Shown here one piece after another: positions 25,483-41,479 of a stretch of 64,000 bases of DNA. A program made the translations under genes and the position numbers. A model generated the notes under the pieces. That model was given only the letters and a program-made list of their open reading frames with translations. It was not told the origin of the DNA and did no database searches. The DNA comes from the human T2T-CHM13v2.0 reference genome, Homo sapiens. The stretch lies in the NCBI RefSeq assembly GCF_009914755.1, contig NC_060942.1. One strand, given 5' to 3'. Position 1 is the first letter of the stretch. The number at the start of each line of letters is the position of its first letter.

Positions 25483-28027
25483 TTATTGGAAAACCCAGAC
25501 ATCTATATGATGATGTGATGTGGTCTCCGTGGGTGGGATCTGACTTGTGTTAGACTGGAAGCAGCACTTCAGTTAGTACAATACTTGAAGGTAGCTTAGT
25601 TACCTGTAGCTCCTACGCGTCAGTTCTAGTTTTCATGCTTCTCCCAGTAGTTAGAGTACTTAGCATCAATATCTTGTTTTTGCCAAATATAGTAGCACCT
25701 TCTTAATGCTAGCATCCATGAGGAAAAGCCCTGCAAGATACAATCTATGCCTGGGTTAGCCGGATGGCTTCCATTACTCTTTCTTTCTTTGTTCCCATGG
25801 AATTTTTATTCATACTCTCCCCTGTCCACTGCCAGAATTTGCTTTTCCACAGTGAAATCTGTTTACTTACATAGATCCCCTACTAGCGCATGGGATTTTT
25901 AAGGTAGGGACAATGCCTTATTCACCTCAGTGTCTACAATTTCTGGCCAAGTCCCTAACACATCAGTAGGTGCTCAGCAAATTTGCTGAATGAATGATCA
26001 GTCCCTAAGGGTCAGTTTGCTTAAACAATCAATAGCAGACAAAACCTGACTGGCCTTTGGGACTACCATGGTTTCCTATGCAAGACCCATTGGGCATTTT
26101 CACTGGGAGAAGACAATGATGACTGTTACTGCTCCTTACCAACTCAAAATATCCATGGGAGCTGAGGGATGGGTAGGAGGTCCTCCTAACTTCCTGAGTT
26201 TAGCTTCCCAACTGCAGTGGTCTTCTCAAAGCTGACTGCAGAGACAGGATTGACCCTGCACACAAGAGGTCTGTCTGAGATTCTAGAGACATAGCTTATG
26301 CTCTTCACACTCTTGTGTTTTGCACACACAGGTCCTTGAGTTTTAAGCATGGCTTTTTGACCTTCTCAGTATTGTCTTTTATCTGGAGTGGAAGTGGAAC
26401 GTGACTTTACCCAGCCTCTACTGTGAGTTAGGGAGGGGTGTTGGCCCCACTGGCCCTGACGGCATCCACACAGCCTTTGCTGTCATAGAGTGACCCTTCT
26501 GGCTCCTTTGATTAGTGATTGGCTCTCCTCCATAGCAAGGGCTGGCAAAGGGTTCCTAACTCTGTTTAAGTGAAATCTGAAACAGGTTGCCAATGGTGCC
26601 TCTCTTCAAGACCCCAGAGCCAGCCTGGAAGGAACACCATGAAAATGTTGCAATAGTCAATGAGTAGAATGTGGACTTTTGTGTCAACCACACTAAGGGT
26701 CGTACTTTTTTCATTAAGAAAGTATTAACGTGTGTTTTTTGAGAAGGGAGGAAGAATGTGTGCTATTCCTTTATTCTTGCTATTAAATCATAAAGCTGGG
26801 TTATATAAGATCCTGGAAACTCAGCCTTTATGAACAGAATTAATAAAAGTTTGAAATGTCATTGATCTCTCAGTGTTTCACTTGATAAAGCAATAAAATG
26901 CTATTCACAGCTGCATGAGGCTACACCCTTCTTTTGAATGCAGATGCTATTACTTCTCCTTTGTTTTCTTTGAATTGCTTTGTCCACCCTAGAACTTTTT
27001 GAGTGACATTACTAAACCTTTTCTTATGCCCCGTGGTGTCTCCGGTAAGGGTTAGACTAAATTGGTGAAGTTATATCATTAAAAGTTTAGTATAGTACTT
27101 ATTCTGATAAAGATATCTATCCATATATATCTATATTAGTATATATGTTGTATTATATTTTCTGGGGTAGATAGTCTTTATTTGGTCCTCTTTTCAGAAG
27201 ATATGTCGTCTCAACATGTGTTTCAGAAAATAAAGTACCTGTAGTCAGTGCCGATAAGTGAAATTGATGACAGTTTTTGGAGGCCACAACTATGTGCACA
27301 TTCAGAAACTATGAGCAGTCTAACCTGTTGGAGATTTTTAGACAAATTTCTTTAGGAGGAATATATTTTAAGACAATATCCTCTTTAGGAGAAATAAAGG
27401 GAAGAATTATCTGTTAACCTCCAAAGTAGTATGTTTTCCTATAATTCTGTTTTTGGTTACACATAGAGTTGAAGTCTTCCATTATTTATCAGCCAAATAT
27501 TCAGTGAGAAACTACAAGCTGGGGTAGAAAATGAGACTTAGTTTCTGCCTTGACTGTATTCTAGTTGGGGTGGGAAGTGGAAAGACAATCACTAGATAAT
27601 ATTTCTAACACTGTGGCAAGTGTTAAAATAGAGGTATATACAAAAGTAAAATAAATAACGTTTAGCTCTGCTGGAGAGAGGTATTGGGGAAGGTTCAGCT
27701 TAGTATTTGAAGATACCAGATGCAAGTTTACTGGAGTATTATCCTTGCAGGCTTGATATGAAGTTTGAAATTTCTCCCCAAAGAGATTTAGTTAACAGGC
27801 AAATATCCCATGGGAGGTATATGTCAATAGGTTATACAACATTACTGTCAGTCTTTTACAACTTAGCGTGAATTAATTTTCCTTCAGGAAATCAGTCATC
27901 TCTGGAGCAGAGACAGGAGGCCAGGTGTTAATAGGAGCAAAGAGAAGAAAAGGCCTGGGCAGTGCTTGGACATAAAAGACCTGAACGATCAGACCCTTCC
28001 ATGGGCTCCCTTTAAGAAGAGCAGGGA

Positions 28028-28586
<559 letters not shown>

Positions 28587-29159
28587 GAGCCAAGCATACA
28601 GTGGAGCTCAAAGGGACTTAGAGATAATTTTAAAAAGACTTAGAGATAATTTTAAAGAACATTTTCCTTTTTAAAAATTATGCAATACTCCAAGCATTCA
28701 GAAAATGATAGAGAATAATAAAACGAACACCCATATACCGATCAATCATCTTTTTGAACTTAATATTTTGCCTTAATTATTTCAGATATTTTAAAGAAAA
28801 AATATAACAACAGTTGCATTGCTTTGTATGTATCCCTTCACTGCTCACTCCACTGTCCTGTTCCTCTTTCTTCCTCCCCAGTGGTAACCATTATTCTGAA
28901 TTTACAATTTCTTCATTCTACTGACAAGAATACTGAGGCCTGGAGAGATTGAGTGATTTGCTCAAGGCCACAGAATCTGTTTATGTCACATTTGGGACTA
29001 AAAACCAAGGTTCTTATCTTCAATTTAGACTTTGTTAATTAGCTCAGATCTGAGTAGGTGGCAGTACAGTGGGGAGTGGGCAATTCAAACCAAAGACAAA
29101 CAGAGAGGTCACAACAAATATTGTTTTGTTCTGCTATGTGCTAAGTTTGTTGTTGTTAT

Positions 29160-29448
29160 TGTTCTGTTTTGTTTTGAGATGGAGTCTCGCTCTGTTGCCC
29201 AGGCTGGAGTGAGTGCAGTGGTATGATCTTGGCTCACACCAACTTCTGGCTCCCAGGCTCAAGCAATTCTCCTCCCTCAGTTTCCCAAGAAGCTGAGATT
29301 ACAGGCGTGTGCCACCATGCCTGGCTGACTTTTGTATTTTTTAGTAGAGACAAGGTTTCACCATGTTGGCCAGGCTGGTCTTGAACTCCTGACCTCAAGT
29401 GGTCTCCCAAGGTGCAGGATTACAGGCATGAGGCACCGTGCCCAGCCA
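29160..29448 (-). mobile_element. Alu, intron 5
   Basis: Antisense dimer with a short deletion in the left arm. Confidence 0.92.
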
Positions 29449-29818
29449 GTTTTTGAAATTAGGCATTTTATTAGGAAAAGCCGTATAAATGGTTATGTGG
29501 GTTTGCAGTAGAATTTACTTTCAAGTCAGCTCCACCAGGAATAGTTTAAAGATCTCATAGGCATCTGTAAAGAATAACAAACGTTGCCTATATTTACAGC
29601 CATACAGTCTTATTTTTAAGGTTTGATCTATGCAAATACAGTATTATATATACTTCATGTAATGTGTAACATGTAGATTATAAAGTATATGAATAACTTT
29701 TCAAAGGAACACAAACTCTTCACAGGACAGTCTCTGGTTTCAGTGCAATACAGTTTGGATCTGAGTGGATGATGAATTATAAGCCATAATAATCTGACAC
29801 TGTGTCAAGAGCAAATTT

Positions 29819-30151
29819 GTGTATATATATATATGTACATATATATTTATGTGTTTGCCTATATATGTGTATATATGTGCATGTGTGTATATATGTATGG
29901 GGTATATATATATAGTATGTATATATAAGTGTGTATATATAGGTGTGTGTATATGTATATGTATGTATATGTATGTATGCATATATATGTATATGTGTAT
30001 ATATAGGTGTATGTATATATGTATGTGTATCTGTATATATATAGGTGTAGGTATATATGTATGTGTGTCTGTATATATACATGTGGGTATATATGTGTGT
30101 GTGTGTGCGCGCGTGTGTGTATATATATATATATATATATTTATGCATGTG
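29819..30151. repeat. Compound (TA)/(TG)/(CG) microsatellite
   Basis: ~330 bp of mostly alternating purine-pyrimidine sequence ending ~40 nt before exon 6. Confidence 0.93.
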
Positions 30152-30191
30152 TAAATTGAAAAGTAAGCAGTCCAAATTTTCCCTTTTACAG

Positions 30192-30359
30192 ACAGACACC
30201 AAACCAGTGCAGATGATGAACATGGAGGCCACGTTCTGTATGGGAAACATTGACAGTATCAATTGTAAGATCATAGAGCTTCCTTTTCAAAATAAGCATC
30301 TCAGCATGTTCATCCTACTACCCAAGGATGTGGAGGATGAGTCCACAGGCTTGGAGAAG
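30192..30359 (+). CDS. SERPINB5: Maspin exon 6, aa 190-245
   Basis: TTACAG|ACAGAC: TDTKPVQMMNMEATFCMGNIDSINCKIIELPFQNKHLSMFILLPKDVEDESTGLEK; donor AAG|GTAAGG; 168 nt. Confidence 0.98.
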
Positions 30360-31069
30360 GTAAGGAGAAGGCAGGTGCTCTCCACAAAGGCACCCCCTGC
30401 CTTGGCAAAGAGTTGTGCCAACAGGTCTGTGTGGGCCGTGAGAGCTGGGCCGGTAGCCCTCCCTTATTGCCACTGGCTCAGTCACCTCCAAGGACCCATG
30501 GTTCTTTCTGGGGCCTTTCCTCCTTAATATTAACAACAGCCAAAATTTATTTGGCACTTACAGTGTTCTAGGGACTGTGCTAAGTTGCCTACGTGCATTA
30601 TCTCATTTAATTCTTACAGCAGGCTGATGAGTTAGAGACTGTTACCACACTCTTGTTTACCAGTGAGGGAGCTGAGGCACAGAGGGGTGGGTAACTGGTT
30701 ACATAATTAGTCAAGGGTGTGTGCAGGATCAGGATTTGGGCCCAGGTAGTTGGAGCCAGGTTCTTAACTGAAGGCTAGAGTGTCTCCCTCACCTCCTAGG
30801 CAGTTAAGGCACTACGTTGCTACGCACTGCCAGGTCCACTATCATGTGACCTGATGTCAAGCATCCTCTCTCTTGCTCTTTCTTTTTTTTTAAAATTAGT
30901 AGATGTTATTTTTAGAGTAGATCTATGCCTACAGAAAAATAAGCAGAAAGTACAAGGAGTTCCCATATACTCCCCTTCCCGTCCCAGGCCTACAGTTTCA
31001 CCTGTTATTAGCATCTTGCATTAGTTTGGTATGTTTGTTACAATTGATGAGCCAATACTGACATATTAC

Positions 31070-31434
<365 letters not shown>

Positions 31435-32085
31435 TTCACAATTTACGTTACGGTTCACTCTTTGTGTTGTACATTTATGAGATTTTAATACGTACACATA
31501 TATGCTTCAAAATTTTGAATTATGCAGATACTATTTTATAGTACACATTATATATAAGTATTTTATTTTATATGATAAGGGTTATTATATTATTTTATTT
31601 ATATAGATTTTTAAGGCACAAAGTTTAAATAAGAGTAGCAGTTTTCTCTGCAGGTGAATGGAGTTTTAGCTTCCTCTCTGCTCCCTCACCTCTGCTTAGC
31701 TGGCTGAGGCCTGTTCTCCCTTTAGTCCCTCCCTGGCTTCCATTCTAGCTCCACCCCGCCTGGCCTCAACCCTTGGCCAGGAAGGAAGAAGGGGCTCTTT
31801 GAAGGCCTGGATCACTTGCTATATATCCACATGGGCCTCAGTGATTTGCTGACTTTCCAGGGGACCATCCAGTCTCCAGCTTGCTCCTTTGGTTGCCATT
31901 ATGTTTTAGCCACCACTTTATTAACTGAATTATAATTCCTGTCCTTCTTCTTCTTTGGTGCATTACTCTCTCTGTTTTTTTTCTTTCCATTTTATGCTTT
32001 GATCTTTCAGCCATTATCCAGCTGTCTTGGATTTTACCTTTCGTTCTTAAAACGCCCTCCAATAAACATCAATTATTTTCTTCTT

Positions 32086-33506
<1,421 letters not shown>

Positions 33507-33807
33507 GCATCTCTCTCATTTTTTAAAACAGCTAAAATGGATGCATTCACTACCTATGACCCTAGGGCATGGCTCAGAGTTAGTTCAAATTCCCATTAAA
33601 AAAAAAAAGTAACTTTAGCTTTAATTTAATTTTCTAAATCTGATGCCATTCCTAGTACATGAATATTCTGGATTTCCTCGTAGAGAAATTACAATAAGCA
33701 TTCAAGAAATATGTGTAAAAAGCTTTCTAATTTTATATTCATTTCACTATTGTGTATGCAACATCATGATCCAGGCATTTGTTTCTATAAATCTACTCTC
33801 TAACTTA

Positions 33808-34136
<329 letters not shown>

Positions 34137-34401
34137 CTAACTTAAAATGAAAAAACAGAACCCTGTCCTCATAAATTTCAGTGCACATGGAACACTGTTA
34201 TAGGCTGGGGAGGAGGAGGACACAGCTGGGTGGCTGCTGGGTCTCCTGAGTCACATACCAAAAACTTCTGGGCCATCTTTGATGTTCCACCCAGACTGCT
34301 TTGAAGCTGGGCTTATCATAACACCTTATGTTTTCAATTGAGCCAGGTCTTTTACAGTTGGAAATAAATAAAAATAATTTCTTTTCATTTTTGTCCTTCA
34401 G

Positions 34402-34794
34402 ATTGAAAAACAACTCAACTCAGAGTCACTGTCACAGTGGACTAATCCCAGCACCATGGCCAATGCCAAGGTCAAACTCTCCATTCCAAAATTTAAGGTG
34501 GAAAAGATGATTGATCCCAAGGCTTGTCTGGAAAATCTAGGGCTGAAACATATCTTCAGTGAAGACACATCTGATTTCTCTGGAATGTCAGAGACCAAGG
34601 GAGTGGCCCTATCAAATGTTATCCACAAAGTGTGCTTAGAAATAACTGAAGATGGTGGGGATTCCATAGAGGTGCCAGGAGCACGGATCCTGCAGCACAA
34701 GGATGAATTGAATGCTGACCATCCCTTTATTTACATCATCAGGCACAACAAAACTCGAAACATCATTTTCTTTGGCAAATTCTGTTCTCCTTAA
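34402..34794 (+). CDS. SERPINB5: Maspin exon 7 coding part, aa 246-375 + stop
   Basis: CTTCAG|ATTGAA: IEKQLNSESLSQWTNPSTMANAKVKLSIPKFK...NADHPFIYIIRHNKTRNIIFFGKFCSP TAA; serpin signature; exon lengths sum to 1128 nt. Confidence 0.99.
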   Translation: MEKQLNSESLSQWTNPSTMANAKVKLSIPKFKVEKMIDPKACLENLGLKHIFSEDTSDFSGMSETKGVALSNVIHKVCLEITEDGGDSIEVPGARILQHKDELNADHPFIYIIRHNKTRNIIFFGKFCSP

Positions 34795-36157
34795 GTGGCA
34801 TAGCCCATGTTAAGTCCTCCCTGACTTTTCTGTGGATGCCGATTTCTGTAAACTCTGCATCCAGAGATTCATTTTCTAGATACAATAAATTGCTAATGTT
34901 GCTGGATCAGGAAGCCGCCAGTACTTGTCATATGTAGCCTTCACACAGATAGACCTTTTTTTTTTTTCCAATTCTATCTTTTGTTTCCTTTTTTCCCATA
35001 AGACAATGACATACGCTTTTAATGAAAAGGAATCACGTTAGAGGAAAAATATTTATTCATTATTTGTCAAATTGTCCGGGGTAGTTGGCAGAAATACAGT
35101 CTTCCACAAAGAAAATTCCTATAAGGAAGATTTGGAAGCTCTTCTTCCCAGCACTATGCTTTCCTTCTTTGGGATAGAGAATGTTCCAGACATTCTCGCT
35201 TCCCTGAAAGACTGAAGAAAGTGTAGTGCATGGGACCCACGAAACTGCCCTGGCTCCAGTGAAACTTGGGCACATGCTCAGGCTACTATAGGTCCAGAAG
35301 TCCTTATGTTAAGCCCTGGCAGGCAGGTGTTTATTAAAATTCTGAATTTTGGGGATTTTCAAAAGATAATATTTTACATACACTGTATGTTATAGAACTT
35401 CATGGATCAGATCTGGGGCAGCACCCTATAAATCAACACCTTAATATGCTGCAACAAAATGTAGAATATTCAGACAAAATGGATACATAAAGACTAAGTA
35501 GCCCATAAGGGGTCAAAATTTGCTGCCAAATGCGTATGCCACCAACTTACAAAAACACTTCGTTCGCAGAGCTTTTCAGATTGTGGAATGTTGGATAAGG
35601 AATTATAGACCTCTAGTAGCTGAAATGCAAGACCCCAAGAGGAAGTTCAGATCTTAATATAAATTCACTTTCATTTTTGATAGCTGTCCCATCTGGTCAT
35701 TTGGTTGGCACTAGACTGGTGGCAGGGGCTTCTAGCTGACTTGCACAGGGATTCTCACAATAGCCGATATCAGAATTTGTGTTGAAGGAACTTGTCTCTT
35801 CATCTAATATGATAGCGGGAAAAGGAGAGGAAACTACTGCCTTTAGAAAATATAAGTAAAGTGATTAAAGTGCTCACGTTACCTTGACACATAGTTTTTC
35901 AGTCTATGGGTTTAGTTACTTTAGATGGCAAGCATGTAACTTATATTAATAGTAATTTGTAAAGTTGGTTGGATAAGCTATCCGTGTTGCAGGTTCATGG
36001 ATTACTTCTCTATAAAAAATATGTATTTACCAAAAATTTTGTGACATTCCTTCTCCCATCTCTTCCTTGACCTGCATTGTAAATAGGTTCTTCTTGTTCT
36101 GAGATTCAATATTGAATTTTTCCTATGCTATTGACAATAAAATATTATTGAACTACA
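34795..36157 (+). other. SERPINB5: SERPINB5 3' UTR
   Basis: Repeat-free sequence between the stop codon and the distal poly(A) signal. Confidence 0.85.
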
Positions 36158-36176
36158 TGTCTTGTTTTTTTTTTCC
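36136..36176 (+). terminator. SERPINB5: Distal polyadenylation signal and downstream GU/U-rich element
   Basis: AATAAA 36136-36141, CA ~15 nt later, then TGTCTTGTTTTTTTTTT. Confidence 0.85.
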
Positions 36177-36234
36177 TATTAAGTTAGACTATTTTGAAAT
36201 AGAACCAAGCCGTGCGTTTACAAAAGCATCCCTG

Positions 36235-36548
<314 letters not shown>

Positions 36549-38111
36549 AAAGCATCCCTGTAGGTAAAATGCTCTTTTGAAGATTGAGGCAGACTAAAAA
36601 GAAATAAGAATAATTACTTCCTCTTTTCCCTTGTTTTCCTTTCTTCCTAGCCCTCAGCTCTGACTTCTTTCTCCCACACTCCTTTCATCCTAGGGAGTAA
36701 AAGACCAGGGCAGTGCTAGAATGACTCTCAACTGCATAAACATCTATAATGGAATCAGACACCTTGGGACATAGAGATCTTCCCAGCCCTTTTCACTCTA
36801 AACCCACCCTCAAAAGTCATTATATTAGGACACTGTATGTGCTTAAAACATTGTTTCTTCTTATGAAGAGTGTTTTTCTCAATGCCATGCACATTTGTTT
36901 TAAATTAGTTATGGTGTCCCTGAACCTAATATTCAACATAGCCTCTTTTCTGTCCCTATTGTGTGCTTGAACTAAACGTGTCTCCTCTTTCAACAAATGA
37001 TGAGTACAAAAGCTGACAAATGCCCCCACATCCTTAAAAGATTATTTGTGTGGGATTGCTGGGGGTGGTCAAAGCCAGATTTTGCCCGCTTGGTTCATCA
37101 TCCCTCTTATCCAGGCTATGAAATACAAAATGTGAGATGACTGTGAAAAACATTAGTGAGTTTTTAGAGGAAGGGAGAGATTTGTGCCTCTTTAAACCAA
37201 GAATGCAGGGAGCTTAAAGTGTCTCCTGCAATTTGGAAAACACTGAAAATTTTGGTCATCTTATCTGGGACAGTCTTAATTCAGTGATTTTTCAACCAGG
37301 GGAAATTCTGCCCCCTAGGGGACATTTTCATTGTCACAGCTGGGGTACTGTCATCTAGTGGATAGTCTGGGGGGTTTTGTCTAGGATGAGGAGGAAGATG
37401 AAAGAGGGTCGGTTTGGAAAGGAAGAATTCAGTGCATTCTGCAAGCACCCTGCCCAGCCCAGCTCACTAGCAAACTGGTCACAGGTATATTATCTCATTT
37501 TGTCCTCTCCACAGACCTTTCAGGAGGAAACCATGATCCCATCTTATAAATGAGGACGCTGAGACAGAGAATGGATAGACAACCTACTCAAGGTCACAGA
37601 GCTAATGCATGTTGGTGGCTATATTTGAACTCATGAAGACAGACTCCAGAGCTGGACTTCCTAACCTCTCTGCTCCATGCCCTCTTCCAACTGACAGCGA
37701 TCCCTGACAGGGGTCACTGAATGAACCTGAAAGAATTCCTCTCTTCCAGACCTTCTCTATTTAGGAGGAGTTCCAAATATTTGTCATATCCTGGCAGTCC
37801 TTTCCTTGTCAACTAAAACATCCCTAGAGTCAGAGACAGTCCACCAGTAAGGGGCCCAATTACTGCCTTTGCTTATTCTCACAGTGACCCTGAAGTTAAG
37901 GGCCATGCCTATCTATTTTATGAGGAAATATGGGCTTAGAAGAATTGGATAATGCCTCCAAATGGGTAAATAGCAGGGCTTGGATTTGTGAACATTATGA
38001 CTATGAAAACATATATTTAGTTATTTCCTTACTGATGAATATTCAGCTAGTTTCTGGTTTTTCTGTTATAGATAATATTACTATGGACACCTCTATACTT
38101 AATCATCTGTA

Positions 38112-38412
38112 ATTATTATTATTATTATTATTTTTTGAGGCAGTCTCTCTCTCTGTTGCCCAGGCTGGAGTGCAGTGGTGCAATCTTGGCTCACTACAAC
38201 TTCCCTCCCTCCCAGGTTCAAGTGATTCTCATGCCTCAGCCTCCTGAGTAGCTGGGACTACAGGCATCTGCCACCCCACCTGGCTAATTTTTTGTATTTT
38301 TAGTAGAGACGGGGTTTCACCATGTTGGCTAGGCTGGTCTTGAAATCCTGACTTCAGGTGATCTGCCCGCCTTGGCCTCCCAAAGTGCTGGGATTACAAG
38401 CGTGAGCCACTA
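38112..38412 (-). mobile_element. Alu inserted in old L1M sequence
   Basis: (ATT)n tail and antisense dimer. Confidence 0.92.
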
Positions 38413-39009
38413 TCTGTTTAAGATTTCTAAAATCTTTGTGATTGATATGTTATGAATATATCACAATTTATTCATTCTACTCTTGATGGACATGTGGGTA
38501 TTTCCAGGTTTGGGCTATTACAAATAGTACCATTGTGAATATTCTAGTACATGTTTTTTGGTGAAATATGTGTGCATTCCTGATTGTTACACACACACAT
38601 ATATATATTATATATATATACATTTTATATATATATAAAATGTATATATATATTTTAGTGGTTTTCCCAGTGCCTCTCTATCTTTCATTATGATTGTATA
38701 ATAATTATGAGTGATTACTTTTTCCAACTATGACTCCTACCATCACCACTGCCATTCTTGGAGAAATTATTATGAGCCAGACACTTTGCTAGACATGACA
38801 TATGTTATAATTCAGCTTCCACAGCAACCCTATGGGGCACCATTTGAGGTGAAAGGTGCTAAAGTTCAGACATGCGACACAAAAAAGCTTGCTGAGCACA
38901 GATGGCTACTGAGTTATATGGTTAGGACTTAAACCCCAGCTCTCTGACTCCACAGTCCATACTTTTTAATCACTATGATTTGATTATATTACAAAACTTA
39001 CTTGTATTT

Positions 39010-39460
39010 GGCCATAAAAAAGAATTAAATCATGTCATTTGCAGAAACATGGATGGAACTGAAGGTCATTATCTGAAGTAAAATAAGACAGATTAATCAT
39101 CTTAGGTGAAATAACCCATATAAAAAGACAAATATTAAATGTTCTCACTTATATGTGAGAGCTACGATATTTGATCACATGGAGGTAGAGTGTGGAAAGA
39201 TAGAGATCAGAGACTGGGAGGGGTGAGCTGGGGGAGGAGGGGAAGATGAAGAAAAGTGGCTTAAAGGGTACAAACATATAGTGAGATCGAAGGAATAGAG
39301 TCAATGTTTGATTTCAGAGTAGGGTGACTGTACTTAACAAAAATGTATTGTACTTGGGTGATGGACAGCCACATACCCTGACTTGATCACTACACATTTT
39401 ACACATGACATGGAACAAAATTTCATGTGTGCCCATACATTTTTACAAATAAAAAATGAA
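39010..39460 (+). mobile_element. L1 3' end (L1MA-like)
   Basis: GCCATAAAAAAGAAT...ACATGGATGGAACTGAAGGTCATTAT...TACAAATAAAAAA. Confidence 0.82.
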
Positions 39461-40445
39461 AGAGACCTAAAGTCCCTTTAGCCTGTTTAGTGTTGGTTGC
39501 TTTGCATCAAGAAATTGATGATTCATAGGAAAAAACAAAACAAAAAGCTTCAAGGGCAGATTTTCCTCTATGTTAAAAATGAAATGTTATGTTGAATAGA
39601 AGACAAATGAATGTAGATAAAAATAAAAGTTAAATGTTTACATAATAAGTAAACATTCCATAAATACTTGCTTTTCAAATATGTCTGGTTAAATGTAATT
39701 TTTGGAAAATTCTGTTTCTTTCTCAGGAGTCCTGTTCAGTCAACTGTATGGCATTTGTGATTTATATCAGATTAAAAAGACTTCCCTTCTAAGTTTTAGC
39801 TCTTGGACTAGAAACCACTAGCACAACATTCTTACCCTCAACCCCACCCTACAGTCATGGAAGATTTAGGTGATGGGCGTTTCCCTGTTCTTTTGTCCTT
39901 GTCACCATCCTCTGCCAGACAGTAACAGCTGCTTGAGTTTGTGAAAGCTTTTTGAGAAAAGAGATCAAACTGTTTCACTAACGGCAAATGACTATTCCTC
40001 TCCCAAGGCCTGGAACAGACAAAGGAAATGGCATTATTCTCCATTAGAGATGAGATAGATACAGACGTGTCCCTGGAACTTCTGACCGCATTTGAGGAGT
40101 CTTGCCAGTTGCACGTGGCCTGAAATGACAGCCCTCCCTGTCTCTATCACAGGCTGCTTTGCACTTCTCACATCTCCTGGGACAGGATCTATCACACAGT
40201 AAAATAAATACCAAGGCATATTTTCAATGGATGGAAAATAGAGTTTGAATGGGCAGGTGATCTATGTGTTTGTGTTGGTTGCCTCTTGCATCTAATGAGG
40301 GCTTCTCTGATGACATAAAACAAGATCGTCTTGTGTTTCTGAAAGTGTGTCTGGAGGAACAGTAGTTGTGTAGGGTATGAGAAGCTGCTATGAAATAGGA
40401 GTCCGTGGTTGAAAAATCTTGAAAAAGCTGTTTTGAACCAAATTA

Positions 40446-41479
<1,034 letters not shown>

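Noticed and set aside
29740-30274. Long H/T/Y/I and V/C/Y ORFs
   Set aside because: Microsatellite translation; only 30192-30359 is real coding sequence.
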